Of a DNA stretch of 64,000 nucleotides, positions 18,198-28,949 are shown piece after piece. Both the position numbers and the translations under genes were made by a program. Under the pieces are notes generated by a model. The model did not search any database, was not told the origin of the DNA, and was given only the letters and a program-made list of their open reading frames with translations. Position 1 is the stretch's first letter, and every line of letters begins with the position of its first letter. Source of the DNA: Rhodospirillaceae bacterium (lineage in GTDB: Bacteria > Pseudomonadota > Alphaproteobacteria > UBA828); contig PBDG01000009.1 of the NCBI GenBank assembly GCA_002717225.1, positions 76,563 to 140,562 of the forward strand, given 5' to 3'.

Positions 18198-20543
18198 GTG
18201 GATAGGAGAAGGGCGAATTTGACCGATATCGCCAAAGAAGAAACGCGTCTCGAACGCTTCAGCGCAAATGTGCTGCATTGGCGTTGGCCAATTGTGGCGC
18301 TCACAGTGTTGTTCGTCGTTGTCATGGCGGCGGGCGGCCGCCATCTCACCATCAGCAATGACAGCCGAATTTTCTTTAGCGAAGACAATCCTCAGCTCCT
18401 TGCATTCGAAGCTCTGGAATCAACCTATACGGAAGCAAATACGGTTCTCATCGCAATCTCGCCCAAACCGGACTCCAGCACACCCAACATCTTCACCTCT
18501 GAATCACTGACCGCAATCGCTGAGCTAACCGAAGAGAGCTGGCAATTGCCTTATTCGACGCGCGTCGATTCGCTGACCAATTTTTCCCACACCTGGGCCG
18601 ATGGCGACGAGTTGATTGTCGAAGATTTGGTGCTCGACCCTGCGGATTTGAACGCGGAGAAGCTCACGCGCATCAAAGACATTGCACTTGGTGAAATTCA
18701 ACTGGTCAACCGGCTAGTCGGCGCTGACGGAAACACCACGGCGGTGCTTATCAATTTCGTCATGCCGAATGACGATGACAAAGCGGTTGAAGAAGTTTCA
18801 GATCGGGTCAGGGAAATTGTTGAGAATGCGCGCGCCAAACATCCCAACCTCGCCTATTACGTGACCGGCAGCATCATAACCAGCCGTGCCTTCGGTGATG
18901 CGACCTTCGATGACCTCTCTAGGCTGGGACCAATAATTATCGGCGTGATTTTCATTGTCATGGCGTTTCTGCTGCGTTCCGTGACAGGTACCATCGCCAC
19001 ACTTCTTGTGGTGGTCTTCGCCGCCCTGACGGCAATGGGCGCCGCCGGTTGGTCGGGGATGGTTTTATCATCGGGCAATGTTGGCGCACCAACCATCATT
19101 ATGACGGTTGCCATTGCTCATTCGGTCCATGTCATCTCCACCATCATGCTTGGCATGCGCTCAGGTCTTACCAAACGTGAGGCGATCCTAGAATCGCTCC
19201 GGGTAAATGTGCATCCCGTGTTTCTCACCACTCTCACGACGGCGATTGGTTTCTTGAGCATGAACTTTTCCGACGCACCGCCATTTCACACTCTCGGAAA
19301 TCTCGTCGCAATAGGCGTTGTAAGTGCAATGGTCTATGCGCTCGTGTTCGTGCCTGCCCTCGTATATATCCTACCACTTCACGTGCGCGCGCGCCCTCAA
19401 GGCAAGCAGGAATTCTTCGACAGATTTGGCGAATTTATCGTACGCCGACGCACACCGCTTCTCTTTGGCATGGCGGCAATCATTATCGGTCTCGCCTCGG
19501 GCGTGCCCCAGATTGAACTCAACGATAATTGGACAAAATATTTCGATGAACGCTACGAGTTTCGCCGCGACACCGACTACATCATCAACAATCTTACCGG
19601 CGTTGAGGCGTTCGAATTTTCCCTACCAGCCGGCGAAGAGGGTGGGATCAACGATCCTAATTATCTTGCCCGAGTGGACCGCTTCGCGGAATGGTATCGC
19701 GACCAGCCGAAAATCGTTCATGTCTCAGCCTTTTCCGACACTATGAAACGGCTGAATATGAACATGCATGGAGACGACCCAGCCTATTACCGTATTCCTA
19801 CCAACCGCGAATTGGCCGCGCAGTATCTGTTGCTCTATGAGCTGTCGCTGCCCTTCGGGCGTGACCTTAATGACCAAATCGATGTCAGTAAATCGGCGAC
19901 ACGCATGACAGTGATCGGGCGGGACATGTCAGCCAAGGAGCAGCGAGATTCCGCCGCCAGAGCGAACTCCTGGCTCAGGGAAAACATGCCAGCGGATATG
20001 GTCGCTGAAGCGACTGGCCTAACAATGATGTTCGCCTATATCTCTAAACGCAATATTGAGGGCATGTTACGCGGTACGGTGATTGCAATGGCGATAATTT
20101 CGCTAATCCTGATCGTCGCTCTGAAAAGTTTGCCTATCGGGCTTCTCAGCCTATTGCCCAATTTCGTCCCGGCAGCGATGAGCTTCGGTCTTTGGGGCTA
20201 TCTGATCGGTAATGTAGGTGTCGCTGCCTCTGTGGTAACTGCGGTGACCTTCGGTATTGTGGTTGACGATACGATTCACTTTCTTAGTAAATATCTCCGT
20301 GCCCGGCGCGAGCGCGGGCTAGACCCCCAACATGCCGTGCGCTTCGCATTTCGCTCCGTGGGCCATGCCCTCTGGACCACAACAGCAGTACTCACTGCGG
20401 GCTTTATTGTGCTCTCGACATCCGGCTTTGAAGTGAATTGGAATCTAGGGCTCCTCACGGCGATGACCATCGTCATTGCTCTTGCCGCTGATTTCTTTTT
20501 CTTAGCGCCACTTCTGATGAAACTCGATCGGAGAAAGTCATGA
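18198..20543 (+). CDS. RND-superfamily exporter of the MMPL/HpnN-like type (two 6-TM bundles with periplasmic domains)
   Basis: 781 aa. It has two hydrophobic clusters (about 240-400 and about 610-770) separated by soluble domains, which is the typical MMPL-family topology. Confidence 0.75.
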   Translation: MDRRRANLTDIAKEETRLERFSANVLHWRWPIVALTVLFVVVMAAGGRHLTISNDSRIFFSEDNPQLLAFEALESTYTEANTVLIAISPKPDSSTPNIFTSESLTAIAELTEESWQLPYSTRVDSLTNFSHTWADGDELIVEDLVLDPADLNAEKLTRIKDIALGEIQLVNRLVGADGNTTAVLINFVMPNDDDKAVEEVSDRVREIVENARAKHPNLAYYVTGSIITSRAFGDATFDDLSRLGPIIIGVIFIVMAFLLRSVTGTIATLLVVVFAALTAMGAAGWSGMVLSSGNVGAPTIIMTVAIAHSVHVISTIMLGMRSGLTKREAILESLRVNVHPVFLTTLTTAIGFLSMNFSDAPPFHTLGNLVAIGVVSAMVYALVFVPALVYILPLHVRARPQGKQEFFDRFGEFIVRRRTPLLFGMAAIIIGLASGVPQIELNDNWTKYFDERYEFRRDTDYIINNLTGVEAFEFSLPAGEEGGINDPNYLARVDRFAEWYRDQPKIVHVSAFSDTMKRLNMNMHGDDPAYYRIPTNRELAAQYLLLYELSLPFGRDLNDQIDVSKSATRMTVIGRDMSAKEQRDSAARANSWLRENMPADMVAEATGLTMMFAYISKRNIEGMLRGTVIAMAIISLILIVALKSLPIGLLSLLPNFVPAAMSFGLWGYLIGNVGVAASVVTAVTFGIVVDDTIHFLSKYLRARRERGLDPQHAVRFAFRSVGHALWTTTAVLTAGFIVLSTSGFEVNWNLGLLTAMTIVIALAADFFFLAPLLMKLDRRKS

Positions 20544-21334
20544 AACCCATAAACCTCTCCGCCCTTGTATTCGTGGCGACGCTCGCCGTCGGCACAATTC
20601 CCAGCTTTGGCGAAACCATGGAGGAGAAAGGGCTACGTATCGCCCAGGAGGCACAAGTGCGCGATACTGGATTCGGCAATTACACCGCCGACCAAACGAT
20701 GATCCTACGTAACAAACACGGCCAGGAAAGCGAGCGGCATCTGCGCATCAGGGTGCTTGAGAACGAGGCAGATGGCGATATGAGCTTAATCGTGTTCGAT
20801 CGACCACGCGACGTTAAAGGCACCGCTATGCTGACCCATTCACACAAGAGAGAAGATGATGATCAATGGCTTTACCTGCCGGCGCTCAAACGTGTGAAGC
20901 GCATTTCATCGTCCAATAAGGCAGGCTCCTTTATGGGTAGCGAGTTCGCCTATGAGGACATGACCAGCCAGGAACTCGAAAAATATACCCATCGTTGGCT
21001 GCGAGACGAACCATGTGGCGAATTGACCTGTTGGGTATCAGAACGGTCTCCCATAGGGAAAAAATCGGGGTATAGACGGCAAATATCGTGGGTTGATCAG
21101 AAAGAATATAGAATTTGGAAAGTTGATTACTATGACCGCAAAAATGCGCACCTAAAAACTCTGACAGTCCCTAGCCACCAACAATATCTAGGTAAATATT
21201 GGCGCGCTGATGAAATGCTGATGGTCAATCACCTTACCGGCAAGAGCACTCGGCTGATTTGGAACAATTATGATTTTAGCACAGACCTCAACGAAAACGA
21301 TTTCACTAAAGTCAGCCTGAAGCGGGCACGTTAA
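20540..21334 (+). CDS. LolA-like outer-membrane lipoprotein-sorting protein (periplasmic partner of MMPL exporters)
   Basis: Signal peptide MKPINLSALVFVATLAVG. Blocks ...DQWLYLPALKRVKRISS...GSFMGSEFAYEDM... match the LolA-like family that accompanies MMPL genes. It overlaps the MMPL stop by ATGA. Confidence 0.6.
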   Translation: MKPINLSALVFVATLAVGTIPSFGETMEEKGLRIAQEAQVRDTGFGNYTADQTMILRNKHGQESERHLRIRVLENEADGDMSLIVFDRPRDVKGTAMLTHSHKREDDDQWLYLPALKRVKRISSSNKAGSFMGSEFAYEDMTSQELEKYTHRWLRDEPCGELTCWVSERSPIGKKSGYRRQISWVDQKEYRIWKVDYYDRKNAHLKTLTVPSHQQYLGKYWRADEMLMVNHLTGKSTRLIWNNYDFSTDLNENDFTKVSLKRAR

Positions 21335-21336
21335 CT

Positions 21337-22578
21337 ATGCGCCACGTGGCCTTTACCATCCTGCTGGTGGGGCTTCTTTTCTACTCCACAGCACCAACTT
21401 CCGCCGATGATGATTTTGTATTCCAGGAAGTCACCGGGCGCATCAACTTAGAAAGTCGCTACTTCCCACAACATAGCCTCCATGACGGACAGCGTGAACA
21501 GAGCGTGTCGCTGGTCGCCGAGCCAGAGGTCTATATAGAAAACGAAGCCGCTCAAGGTCTCCTGCTCAAACCTTTCTTCCGATATGACAGTGCAGACGCA
21601 AGCCGAACTCATTGGGATCTGCGCGAGGCTTATGGCCTCTTTTACGGAGAGTTTGAAGACAGCGAGTGGGAGCTTCGCATCGGTTTGGATAAGGTATTTT
21701 GGGGTGTCGTCGAAGCGCGCCACATCGTCGATATCATTAATCAAACTGATCTGATTGAAAATCCAAACCAGGAGGAGAAACTTGGCCAGCCCATGGTGCA
21801 CGCCACCTGGCTAAACGATTTAGGCACCTTTGAAGCCTTTGTTCTGCCCTATTTCCGAAAGCGCGCATTTCAGAGTCGGACAGGGCGTCTCCGCAACCAG
21901 ATCCTCATCGACAGCAAACAATCCTCCTTTGAGAGCGCCGCCCAGCAGCGCCATCTTGACGTCGCGGCACGATATAGCCATAGCATCAACATACTCGATT
22001 TAGGCCTTTCCATTTTTGATGGCACCAACCGCAATCCAACCTTCACCCTCGGGTTAGATCCCGGCGGTGATGTGGTGCTGCTACCGCTTTATGAGCAAAT
22101 TCGTCAATATGGTGTGGACGCGCAGATCACTACCGGTGCCTGGTTGCTCAAATTCGAAGGTACTTGGCGTGAGGGCGAGCGCAACAGCGTGTCACTGGAG
22201 GAGGATTTCCTCTCCTTGGTCAGCGGCTTTGAATACACTTGGTATAGCATTCATGAGAGTGACATCGACCTAGGTCTGCTAATGGAATTTCTATATGACG
22301 GGCGTGATGAGCGCGCCACTGTCGCCACTGAAGAAGACCTCTTCGTCGCCGCCCGCCTCGCTTTCAACGACGAAGCGAGCACAGACGTGTTGTTTGGTAT
22401 CCAACAAGACCTGGATAAATCAACGCGCAACCTTTTTATTGAAGCCAACCGACGCCTAGACAACAATTTCTCCCTGGGTCTCGAAGGTACCGCTTTTCTC
22501 AATATAGACACCCATGACAGCCAGTTCGGATTACGCAAGGACAGTTACCTTCAACTCGATCTCACCTATCACTTTTAA
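21337..22578 (+). CDS. Probable outer-membrane beta-barrel protein (DUF1302-like)
   Basis: Signal peptide, alternating amphipathic strands, and a C-terminus LQLDLTYHF ending in an aromatic residue. It is cotranscribed with the exporter. Confidence 0.5.
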   Translation: MRHVAFTILLVGLLFYSTAPTSADDDFVFQEVTGRINLESRYFPQHSLHDGQREQSVSLVAEPEVYIENEAAQGLLLKPFFRYDSADASRTHWDLREAYGLFYGEFEDSEWELRIGLDKVFWGVVEARHIVDIINQTDLIENPNQEEKLGQPMVHATWLNDLGTFEAFVLPYFRKRAFQSRTGRLRNQILIDSKQSSFESAAQQRHLDVAARYSHSINILDLGLSIFDGTNRNPTFTLGLDPGGDVVLLPLYEQIRQYGVDAQITTGAWLLKFEGTWREGERNSVSLEEDFLSLVSGFEYTWYSIHESDIDLGLLMEFLYDGRDERATVATEEDLFVAARLAFNDEASTDVLFGIQQDLDKSTRNLFIEANRRLDNNFSLGLEGTAFLNIDTHDSQFGLRKDSYLQLDLTYHF

Positions 22579-22873
22579 TCGCTGTGGATCATAGGAATTA
22601 ACTCTTTGCAACGCCTCTAACTACCAGGCGAACACATAGGGTCTATCCTGAATCAAAACAATCACTTAATAGTACTATCGTTCAATGCGTTGCACTCTTG
22701 TGATCCATGTCCCGTCCAGGTTCTTTATCACACAGCGCCCCACGGCAAAGCTCTTAGGCAAACAGGTCAACCGTGTGAAACATAATATACCCGCAAGTAA
22801 TGTTTGCGTGAGACGCTCCCGGCTCAATAATTTGGCTCAATTCTCGGCCTGGTTATGCAACAGTGTCCACGAG

Positions 22874-23827
22874 TCATTCCAGTACGGTGGCATATTCTTC
22901 GATAGACAGTGTGTCTGGAATCAGACCCTGCTGCTGCATGAATTGGGCAAAGCGCATGTAGCGCGCACGGTCCAGAGCAGCGGGGCGCAGCGCGAAACGA
23001 GGCAGGGTATCGCGCCAGGCACGGCGGTTGAGTTCATCGTTTAATTCTTCCCGTCCACGAATGAAGAGTTCCCAGCTTACCTCCGGATGGTTAACAAGAT
23101 AGCGTACGCCGTCTTCCAGTGCATCGAGAAAGCGCCGCAGCACCTCGCGGTCCATGTGCTCTGGGTTGGCGACCAGGATCAACTCGTCATAACTCGGGAC
23201 CCCTTCCTCCTCAACATAGAAAGCTCGGCCCTCATAGCCCTCGATCGCCATCTGGTTGAGCTCAAAATTGCGATAGGCGCCTATCACCGCATCGACTTGG
23301 CCGGCCAACAGCGCTGGCGAGAGAGAAAAATTTACGTTCACTAAGGTAATGTCGGCGAGGGTGAGGCCGTGGCGTGCGAGCATAGCGCGCAGCAGGGCGT
23401 CCTCAAAGCCTCCAACGGAAAAGCCAACCTTACGGCCTTTCAGATCCGCTATCGTTTTTACGGGCCCATCCTTGAGCACGAGAAGGGTGTTCAAGGGAGT
23501 CGCCACCAGGGTACCAAAGCGGGTGAGCGGCAAGCCAGCGGCAACCTGGACATGAAGCTGCGGCTGGTATGAGACAGCAATATCAGCCTTGCCAGCGGCA
23601 ACCAACTTAGGTGGATCGTTTGGATCGGCCGGAGCGATCATCTCAACCTCAAGCTGCCGTTGCGCGAAATAGCCCATCTCCTCAGCGACAAAAAGCGGCG
23701 CATGGTCAGGATTGATAAACCAGTCGAGCAGCAGGATAAGTTTATCGTTCGCCCTGGCATGCGGTACTACCAGAAAAAGAATGAAGGCAGCTGGCAACAA
23801 AACTCTCAGCATAAAGTTGTAAATCAT
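22874..23827 (-). CDS. ABC transporter substrate-binding protein, NitT/TauT (NMT1/THI5-like) family
   Basis: Signal peptide plus the ...LLLDWFINPDHAPLFVAEEMGYF... block typical of sulfonate/nitrate/pyrimidine-precursor SBPs. Confidence 0.75.
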   Translation of the reverse strand: MIYNFMLRVLLPAAFILFLVVPHARANDKLILLLDWFINPDHAPLFVAEEMGYFAQRQLEVEMIAPADPNDPPKLVAAGKADIAVSYQPQLHVQVAAGLPLTRFGTLVATPLNTLLVLKDGPVKTIADLKGRKVGFSVGGFEDALLRAMLARHGLTLADITLVNVNFSLSPALLAGQVDAVIGAYRNFELNQMAIEGYEGRAFYVEEEGVPSYDELILVANPEHMDREVLRRFLDALEDGVRYLVNHPEVSWELFIRGREELNDELNRRAWRDTLPRFALRPAALDRARYMRFAQFMQQQGLIPDTLSIEEYATVLE

Positions 23828-23835
23828 ATGTCCGG

Positions 23836-24597
23836 TTACTCCTCTTTTTGCAGCGTCGATCGGTCAGGCTGCCACGGTAGGGCGCGGCGGAGAGCGTTAT
23901 CGATGACGAAATAGATCAGCACAGCGAAGATGGCTAAAGTGAACAAGGCGGCAAACATCAGATCAGCTTGTAGACGACCATTGGCATGCAGCATGAGGTA
24001 GCCGAGACCAGCGCTGGAGCCGACCCATTCACCGACAACTGCGCCAATAGGCGCAACAGCAGTGGCGACACGCAAACCGGAAGCAAGCGCCGGGAGCGCA
24101 GCAGGTATGCGAATATGAAGGAGCATCGTCCAGGGACTCGCGCCCATAGTTCGTGCTAGGTCAGTCCAGCCTGGATCGGTGCGTCTCAGGCCGTCGAAAA
24201 ATCCAGCGGCGACCGGAAAATAGATTATAAGCACAGCCATCGCCACTTTGGAAGCGATACCATATCCGAGCCACAGTACCAAGATCGGTGCAAGCGCGAA
24301 AACCGGCACCGCCTGACTTGCGACAAGAACTGGCAACAACCAGCGCTGCGCAGGCCGAAAATAGGCGAGCACAAGAGCGCTGAAAACGCCAAGTATAGTG
24401 CCGCAGAGAAGACCGAGGGTGATCTCCAACAAGGTTACGCCGGCATGGCCAAGGATCGCCATATGATTGGTCCACCAAGCAATGGCGACATCAGCGGGGG
24501 CCGGCAGAATGAAATGTGGTGCGCCGGTTAGCCAAACGATTATTTGCCATAGCAGGATCAAACCGGCAGCAATGATCAGCGGGCGAAAATAGCACAT
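23836..24597 (-). CDS. ABC transporter permease, NitT/TauT family
   Basis: 6-TM hydrophobic profile with an EAA-like loop, lying between the ATPase and SBP genes. Confidence 0.75.
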   Translation of the reverse strand: MCYFRPLIIAAGLILLWQIIVWLTGAPHFILPAPADVAIAWWTNHMAILGHAGVTLLEITLGLLCGTILGVFSALVLAYFRPAQRWLLPVLVASQAVPVFALAPILVLWLGYGIASKVAMAVLIIYFPVAAGFFDGLRRTDPGWTDLARTMGASPWTMLLHIRIPAALPALASGLRVATAVAPIGAVVGEWVGSSAGLGYLMLHANGRLQADLMFAALFTLAIFAVLIYFVIDNALRRALPWQPDRSTLQKEE

Positions 24598-25442
24598 TAA
24601 AAACCCGCCTCCGCTGCACCGAGCCGGCTTAGCAGTTCAGCATGGTGAGTAAGAAATTCAACATCTGCGGGATCGCGTGGGGTTTTACCGACGGGCGACG
24701 GCACCTCGGTAAGTTGCGCCGGTCGACCGGACATAATGAAGATGCATTCACCGAGGCGGAGTGCCTCCATCGGGTCATGGGTAACGAGCAGGATGGTGCG
24801 CCCGCGTAGGAGCTTGGTGGCAAGCTCCTGTAAACGCAGGCGAGTGACGGCATCGAGAGCAGAAAAGGGCTCGTCCATCAGCACCGTCGCACGTGCCTCC
24901 ATCAGAGTACGGGCGAGAGCAACACGCTGACGCATGCCACCAGAGAGCGCAGCTGGACGGGCATGCGCGTAGTTGTCTAGGCCCACCCTAGCGAGAAGGT
25001 CGCGGGCACGAGAACGATCTGGCGTATCGCTACGCAGACGCTGACCAAGAATTACATTGCCGAGTGCGTCGAGCCAGGGCAGCAGCAGGTCCTGCTGAGC
25101 CATATAGGCAGGTGGAGTAACAGCCCGATCAGAAACCTGATCACCGCTCACTATGAATTTGACTGATCCGCCGCCTTCGACCACCTCCAGGCCAGCGATC
25201 AGGCGCAGCAAGCTCGATTTGCCGACACCCGAGGGACCAAGAAGGACACTCACTCGCCCGGCTGGCAGTTCCAGGTCTAAATCATGAAAAAGAACAGAAC
25301 CCTCATAACTCAGATTGACCCGTGACAAACGGATCGCGGGTGGCGGTGAGAGGGGCTGAAAAAACTTTTCGCTGTTTGTCACATTCCCAGTTCCTACGCC
25401 GGCATTACCCGGGTCAGGTGTCGGGGTCGTTGGCAGCGCCAA
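24597..25442 (-). CDS. ABC transporter ATP-binding protein, NitT/TauT family
   Basis: Walker A GPSGVGKSS, signature LSGGMRQRVALARTL, and Walker B LLMDEPFSALD. It also has an N-terminal Pro/Thr-rich extension of about 35 aa. Confidence 0.85.
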   Translation of the reverse strand: MALPTTPTPDPGNAGVGTGNVTNSEKFFQPLSPPPAIRLSRVNLSYEGSVLFHDLDLELPAGRVSVLLGPSGVGKSSLLRLIAGLEVVEGGGSVKFIVSGDQVSDRAVTPPAYMAQQDLLLPWLDALGNVILGQRLRSDTPDRSRARDLLARVGLDNYAHARPAALSGGMRQRVALARTLMEARATVLMDEPFSALDAVTRLRLQELATKLLRGRTILLVTHDPMEALRLGECIFIMSGRPAQLTEVPSPVGKTPRDPADVEFLTHHAELLSRLGAAEAGF

Positions 25443-25623
25443 CCTCTCAGCATAATTAGCTCCCCCCGAGGAGACTCAAAATATGTCTGACAGCTGAGGT
25501 TAGCGCAAGGAGGAAAACCTCGTATTGACTTGGAAGAGTGGACCGTTTTTTAGATCGCCTAGTGCAAACCGAGGGCAACCGTATTACAAACTCATGGTCT
25601 TCTGTTGCAATATTCAATAGGCT

Positions 25624-26790
25624 GTGATGGACTTTCTCACACAAGACCAGGAAGCGCTCGACGAAACCATCTCACGAATCTGCGCAGATTTCGGCGACGA
25701 TTACTGGCTGGCGCGGGATACGGACGGGAACTATCCGGAAAAGTTCGTTGCCGCTATTGCCGACGGCGGCTGGCTTGGCATCGCCATGCCAGAGGCACAT
25801 GGTGGTGCCGGTCTCGGCGTCACTGAAGCGGCCCTCATGATGCGTCGCATCGCCCAGTCAGGGGGCGGCTTCGCTGCCGCGTCCTCAGTGCATATAAATA
25901 TTTTTGGGCCCCATCCGATCGTCAAATACGGTACGCCCGAACAACAGGCGCGCTTGTTGCCGCCGCTGATCCAGGGCCGCGACCGCACCTGCTTCGGTAT
26001 TACAGAGCCCAATGCGGGCCTTGACACTGGCGCGATAGAGACCCGCGCCGAGTGGGACGGCAGTCATTATGTGGTGCATGGCCAAAAACTCTGGACATCC
26101 ACCGCCCAGCGGGCCAGCAAAATTATGCTGCTCGCCCGTACCGAGGGCAAGGATATCGTCGCCAAAAGCACCGACGGCCTCTCCCTGTTCTACACTGACC
26201 TCGACCAGGCTCATGTCGAAATACGGGAGATCGCCAAGATGGGCCGCAAGGCAGTGGATTCCAACGCACTCTTTATTGACGGCCTGAAAATTTCGCGTGC
26301 CGATTTAATTGGCGAGGAAGGTGAGGGTTTCCACTGCCTCCTCGACGGCCTAAACCCTGAGCGCATATTAATCGGCGCCGAGGCAATCGGGTTGGGGCGC
26401 TGTGCACTCACTAAAGCAGTGAACTACGCCCGTGAGCGCGAAGTATTTGGCCGGCCTATCGGCCAGAATCAGGCTATCCAGCACCCTCTAGCCGAAGCTT
26501 GGGCGGAGCTGGAGGCAGCTGATTTGATGGTGTTCAAGGCAGCACGGCTCTACGACGCAGGTGAGGCTTGCGGCGCGGAAGCCAATGCTGGGAAACACCT
26601 TGCTGCCGAAGCGGCTCACAAAGCTTGCGAACGCGCCGTCCTCACCCTTGGCGGCATGGGTTACGCCAAAGAATATCACGTCGAACGCTATTTGCGCGAA
26701 AGCTATATCGCCCGCATCGCGCCGGTAAGCAGAGAAATGATTCTCAATTTCATCGCCGAACGGGTCTTGGATTTACCACGCTCTTATTAG
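25624..26790 (+). CDS. Acyl-CoA dehydrogenase family protein
   Basis: 388 aa with ACAD blocks (GITEPNAGLDTG, ...GEEGEGF..., the C-terminal helical domain and LGGMGY). Confidence 0.85.
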   Translation: MMDFLTQDQEALDETISRICADFGDDYWLARDTDGNYPEKFVAAIADGGWLGIAMPEAHGGAGLGVTEAALMMRRIAQSGGGFAAASSVHINIFGPHPIVKYGTPEQQARLLPPLIQGRDRTCFGITEPNAGLDTGAIETRAEWDGSHYVVHGQKLWTSTAQRASKIMLLARTEGKDIVAKSTDGLSLFYTDLDQAHVEIREIAKMGRKAVDSNALFIDGLKISRADLIGEEGEGFHCLLDGLNPERILIGAEAIGLGRCALTKAVNYAREREVFGRPIGQNQAIQHPLAEAWAELEAADLMVFKAARLYDAGEACGAEANAGKHLAAEAAHKACERAVLTLGGMGYAKEYHVERYLRESYIARIAPVSREMILNFIAERVLDLPRSY

Positions 26791-26914
26791 GCTCAGTTGA
26801 AACCGCCCCTGCCCAACACCCGCAGCCGCTCTTCCCCCCAACCTAATAGGCGTGATCCCTTCGCCATTAAGCAAACACTACGTTGCCAACAATTACGTCC
26901 GTTCGAAGTTTTCT

Positions 26915-28930
26915 CTATGCGACCCGAAGTGTCGGCGTTTCGTTACGCGCCTCGCCGGGAGCGTTCCAGTGGGACGCGGTCCGACGCTTCAGCATATCTC
27001 GGAATTGCTGGGTCGTTTTTGTCAGCAACTCGCCGGTACCCCAATCTACGATAACTCCATACTGGCGGATAAGATCAAGAGTATCGAGTTCCTTGGCGCG
27101 ATATTTTGCCGCAATCCCCTCGGCATCCTCATCCAGCCAAAGATGGCGGTTGTCCCGGATATAAGTGCGCTTAGCCTCGGTTTCAGTCTCGTCAACCTCA
27201 TATTCCGCAAGATCAGCGTCCACTTCACGTACGATTACACCATAATCTTTTGCTGCCCGCGAAATGGATACATAGCCCTCGCGCACATCGTCGCACACAG
27301 CCTGAATATCACGTTCCAGAGGATCACCAAGCCCGCCGCCGCCAGCTGAGGGCCTTGTCAGCACATCGCCGGATTCGACTGGTACACCAGAAAATAACGA
27401 GCCAAGATAACGTTCGCCCTGGCTGCCAGGATTGACCCAGACGCCATGCGGGATCGACGGCAAGCCACCCCATAAGCCCCAGGTGACCGAGCGCTCTCGA
27501 TCGCAGCAATAGGAAACTACGGAGCGTTCCGCGTCGGTCAAGGTGACCCCCTTCTCCACGCCCATCCCACCGCGCGAAGAGCCGGGGCCGCCAGAATCGA
27601 CGATCAACTCATGCTCGGTGGTAACCACAGGAGCAAGGCGCTCCTGGCCCTCGAAAGGCTGGGTGCCAAGTTGAACACCGAAAACCGGCCCGGAGGCAGC
27701 CCAGCCGTCGCGCCCGTTACGCGCGCCCCAGCCGCCGACCATCCAGTCGTACCACATGAAATAGGGTTGCCCCTCCTTGCGCCCATCGCGCCCACCGATG
27801 AGCAGGTATTCGAGATTAAAGGTACACGCCATCGCACGTTCAGGCAGAATCTCAGCCCACAACTCGAATACTGAGTTCATGATTTTCTCAAATGGCCCCG
27901 AACAAAACCCTGCGACCGGGGTTGGCCAATTAGCGTTGACTACCGAACCCTCTGGGCCAAGATCAACAGTAACCACCCGGTAAAAACCTGAATTGAGCGG
28001 GATGTCCGGCGACTGCATCTTGGTACCCGCAACAATCGCTGCGAATGCGCCGCCATAGCAACAATTGAGGAAGGTTGAGATCGTTTTCGGATGCGAATTC
28101 GAGAGGTCGTAATGCACCGAATCTCCATCGATGGTCATTTTGATGCGGATTGGTATAAGCCCTTCACCCTGCACAGGGTCCACGTCGATATAATCTTCTG
28201 TCTCCCAAACGCCGTCGGGCAGCTTCGCGATCCGCTGACGAGTGAGAGTCTCAACATAATCTTGAACCTCTCGGAATGATGTCTGGATCACCTCAACGCC
28301 GTATTTATCACAAAGGCGACAGATTTCTTTTTCCGCGATATTACATGCTTCAGCCTGGGCTTGTAGATCACCGATAATGTCGTCCGGAGCGCGGGTGTTG
28401 CTGGCGATGAGCTCAGCTACGTCAGAGAGGTAGACACCTTTGCTATATACCCGAACAGGCGTGATGCGCAGGCCCTCCGCCATGTGATCGAGCGCGTTCA
28501 CGTTGAACGAGCCAGGCACCGCGCCGCCTACATCGGCCCAATGACCGTTTGCCTGGGCAAATCCGAGATGGATATCCTTGTAGAAGATCGGGCGCACGAT
28601 GCGAGTATCATTGAAATGGGTGCCGCCCTGATAGACGTCGTTGACGACAAATGTATCACCGGGGTGCACATCGTCACCGAACTTATTAATCACGGCCTGT
28701 GCGGTGTAATGCAACGTTCCCACGTGAGCTGCAATATCGCCGCTTCCCTGCATAACCGTATTACCCTCCGTATCGCAAATGGCAGAGGAGAAGTCGCGTG
28801 ACCAGATGACGAAGGAATAGCAGGTCCGGAATATCTGCTCCGCCATTTGATCTACGATGTTGACATAGGCGTTTTTCAGAACCTCAAAGGTAACGGGATC
28901 CAGGGTGTAACCTTCTTTATTTGCACTCAC
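26915..28930 (-). CDS. Hydantoinase B / oxoprolinase / acetone-carboxylase alpha-like subunit (HyuB family) with a C-terminal extension of about 120 aa
   Basis: HyuB N-terminal block DPVTFEVLKNAYVNIVDQMAEQ and C-terminal GGGGLGDPLERD. Start re-assigned to GTG 28930, which has an AAGGAGA SD 7 nt upstream. This removes a 32-nt overlap with hyuA that the ATG at 28981 would create. Confidence 0.8.
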   Translation of the reverse strand: MSANKEGYTLDPVTFEVLKNAYVNIVDQMAEQIFRTCYSFVIWSRDFSSAICDTEGNTVMQGSGDIAAHVGTLHYTAQAVINKFGDDVHPGDTFVVNDVYQGGTHFNDTRIVRPIFYKDIHLGFAQANGHWADVGGAVPGSFNVNALDHMAEGLRITPVRVYSKGVYLSDVAELIASNTRAPDDIIGDLQAQAEACNIAEKEICRLCDKYGVEVIQTSFREVQDYVETLTRQRIAKLPDGVWETEDYIDVDPVQGEGLIPIRIKMTIDGDSVHYDLSNSHPKTISTFLNCCYGGAFAAIVAGTKMQSPDIPLNSGFYRVVTVDLGPEGSVVNANWPTPVAGFCSGPFEKIMNSVFELWAEILPERAMACTFNLEYLLIGGRDGRKEGQPYFMWYDWMVGGWGARNGRDGWAASGPVFGVQLGTQPFEGQERLAPVVTTEHELIVDSGGPGSSRGGMGVEKGVTLTDAERSVVSYCCDRERSVTWGLWGGLPSIPHGVWVNPGSQGERYLGSLFSGVPVESGDVLTRPSAGGGGLGDPLERDIQAVCDDVREGYVSISRAAKDYGVIVREVDADLAEYEVDETETEAKRTYIRDNRHLWLDEDAEGIAAKYRAKELDTLDLIRQYGVIVDWGTGELLTKTTQQFRDMLKRRTASHWNAPGEARNETPTLRVA

Positions 28931-28949
28931 GGTCCTCTTCTCCTTCTCT

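Noticed and set aside
22685-23044. 119-aa plus-strand ORF
   Set aside because: It begins in noncoding AT-rich DNA and runs antisense into the 3' end of the NitT/TauT SBP gene. It has no RBS or motif.
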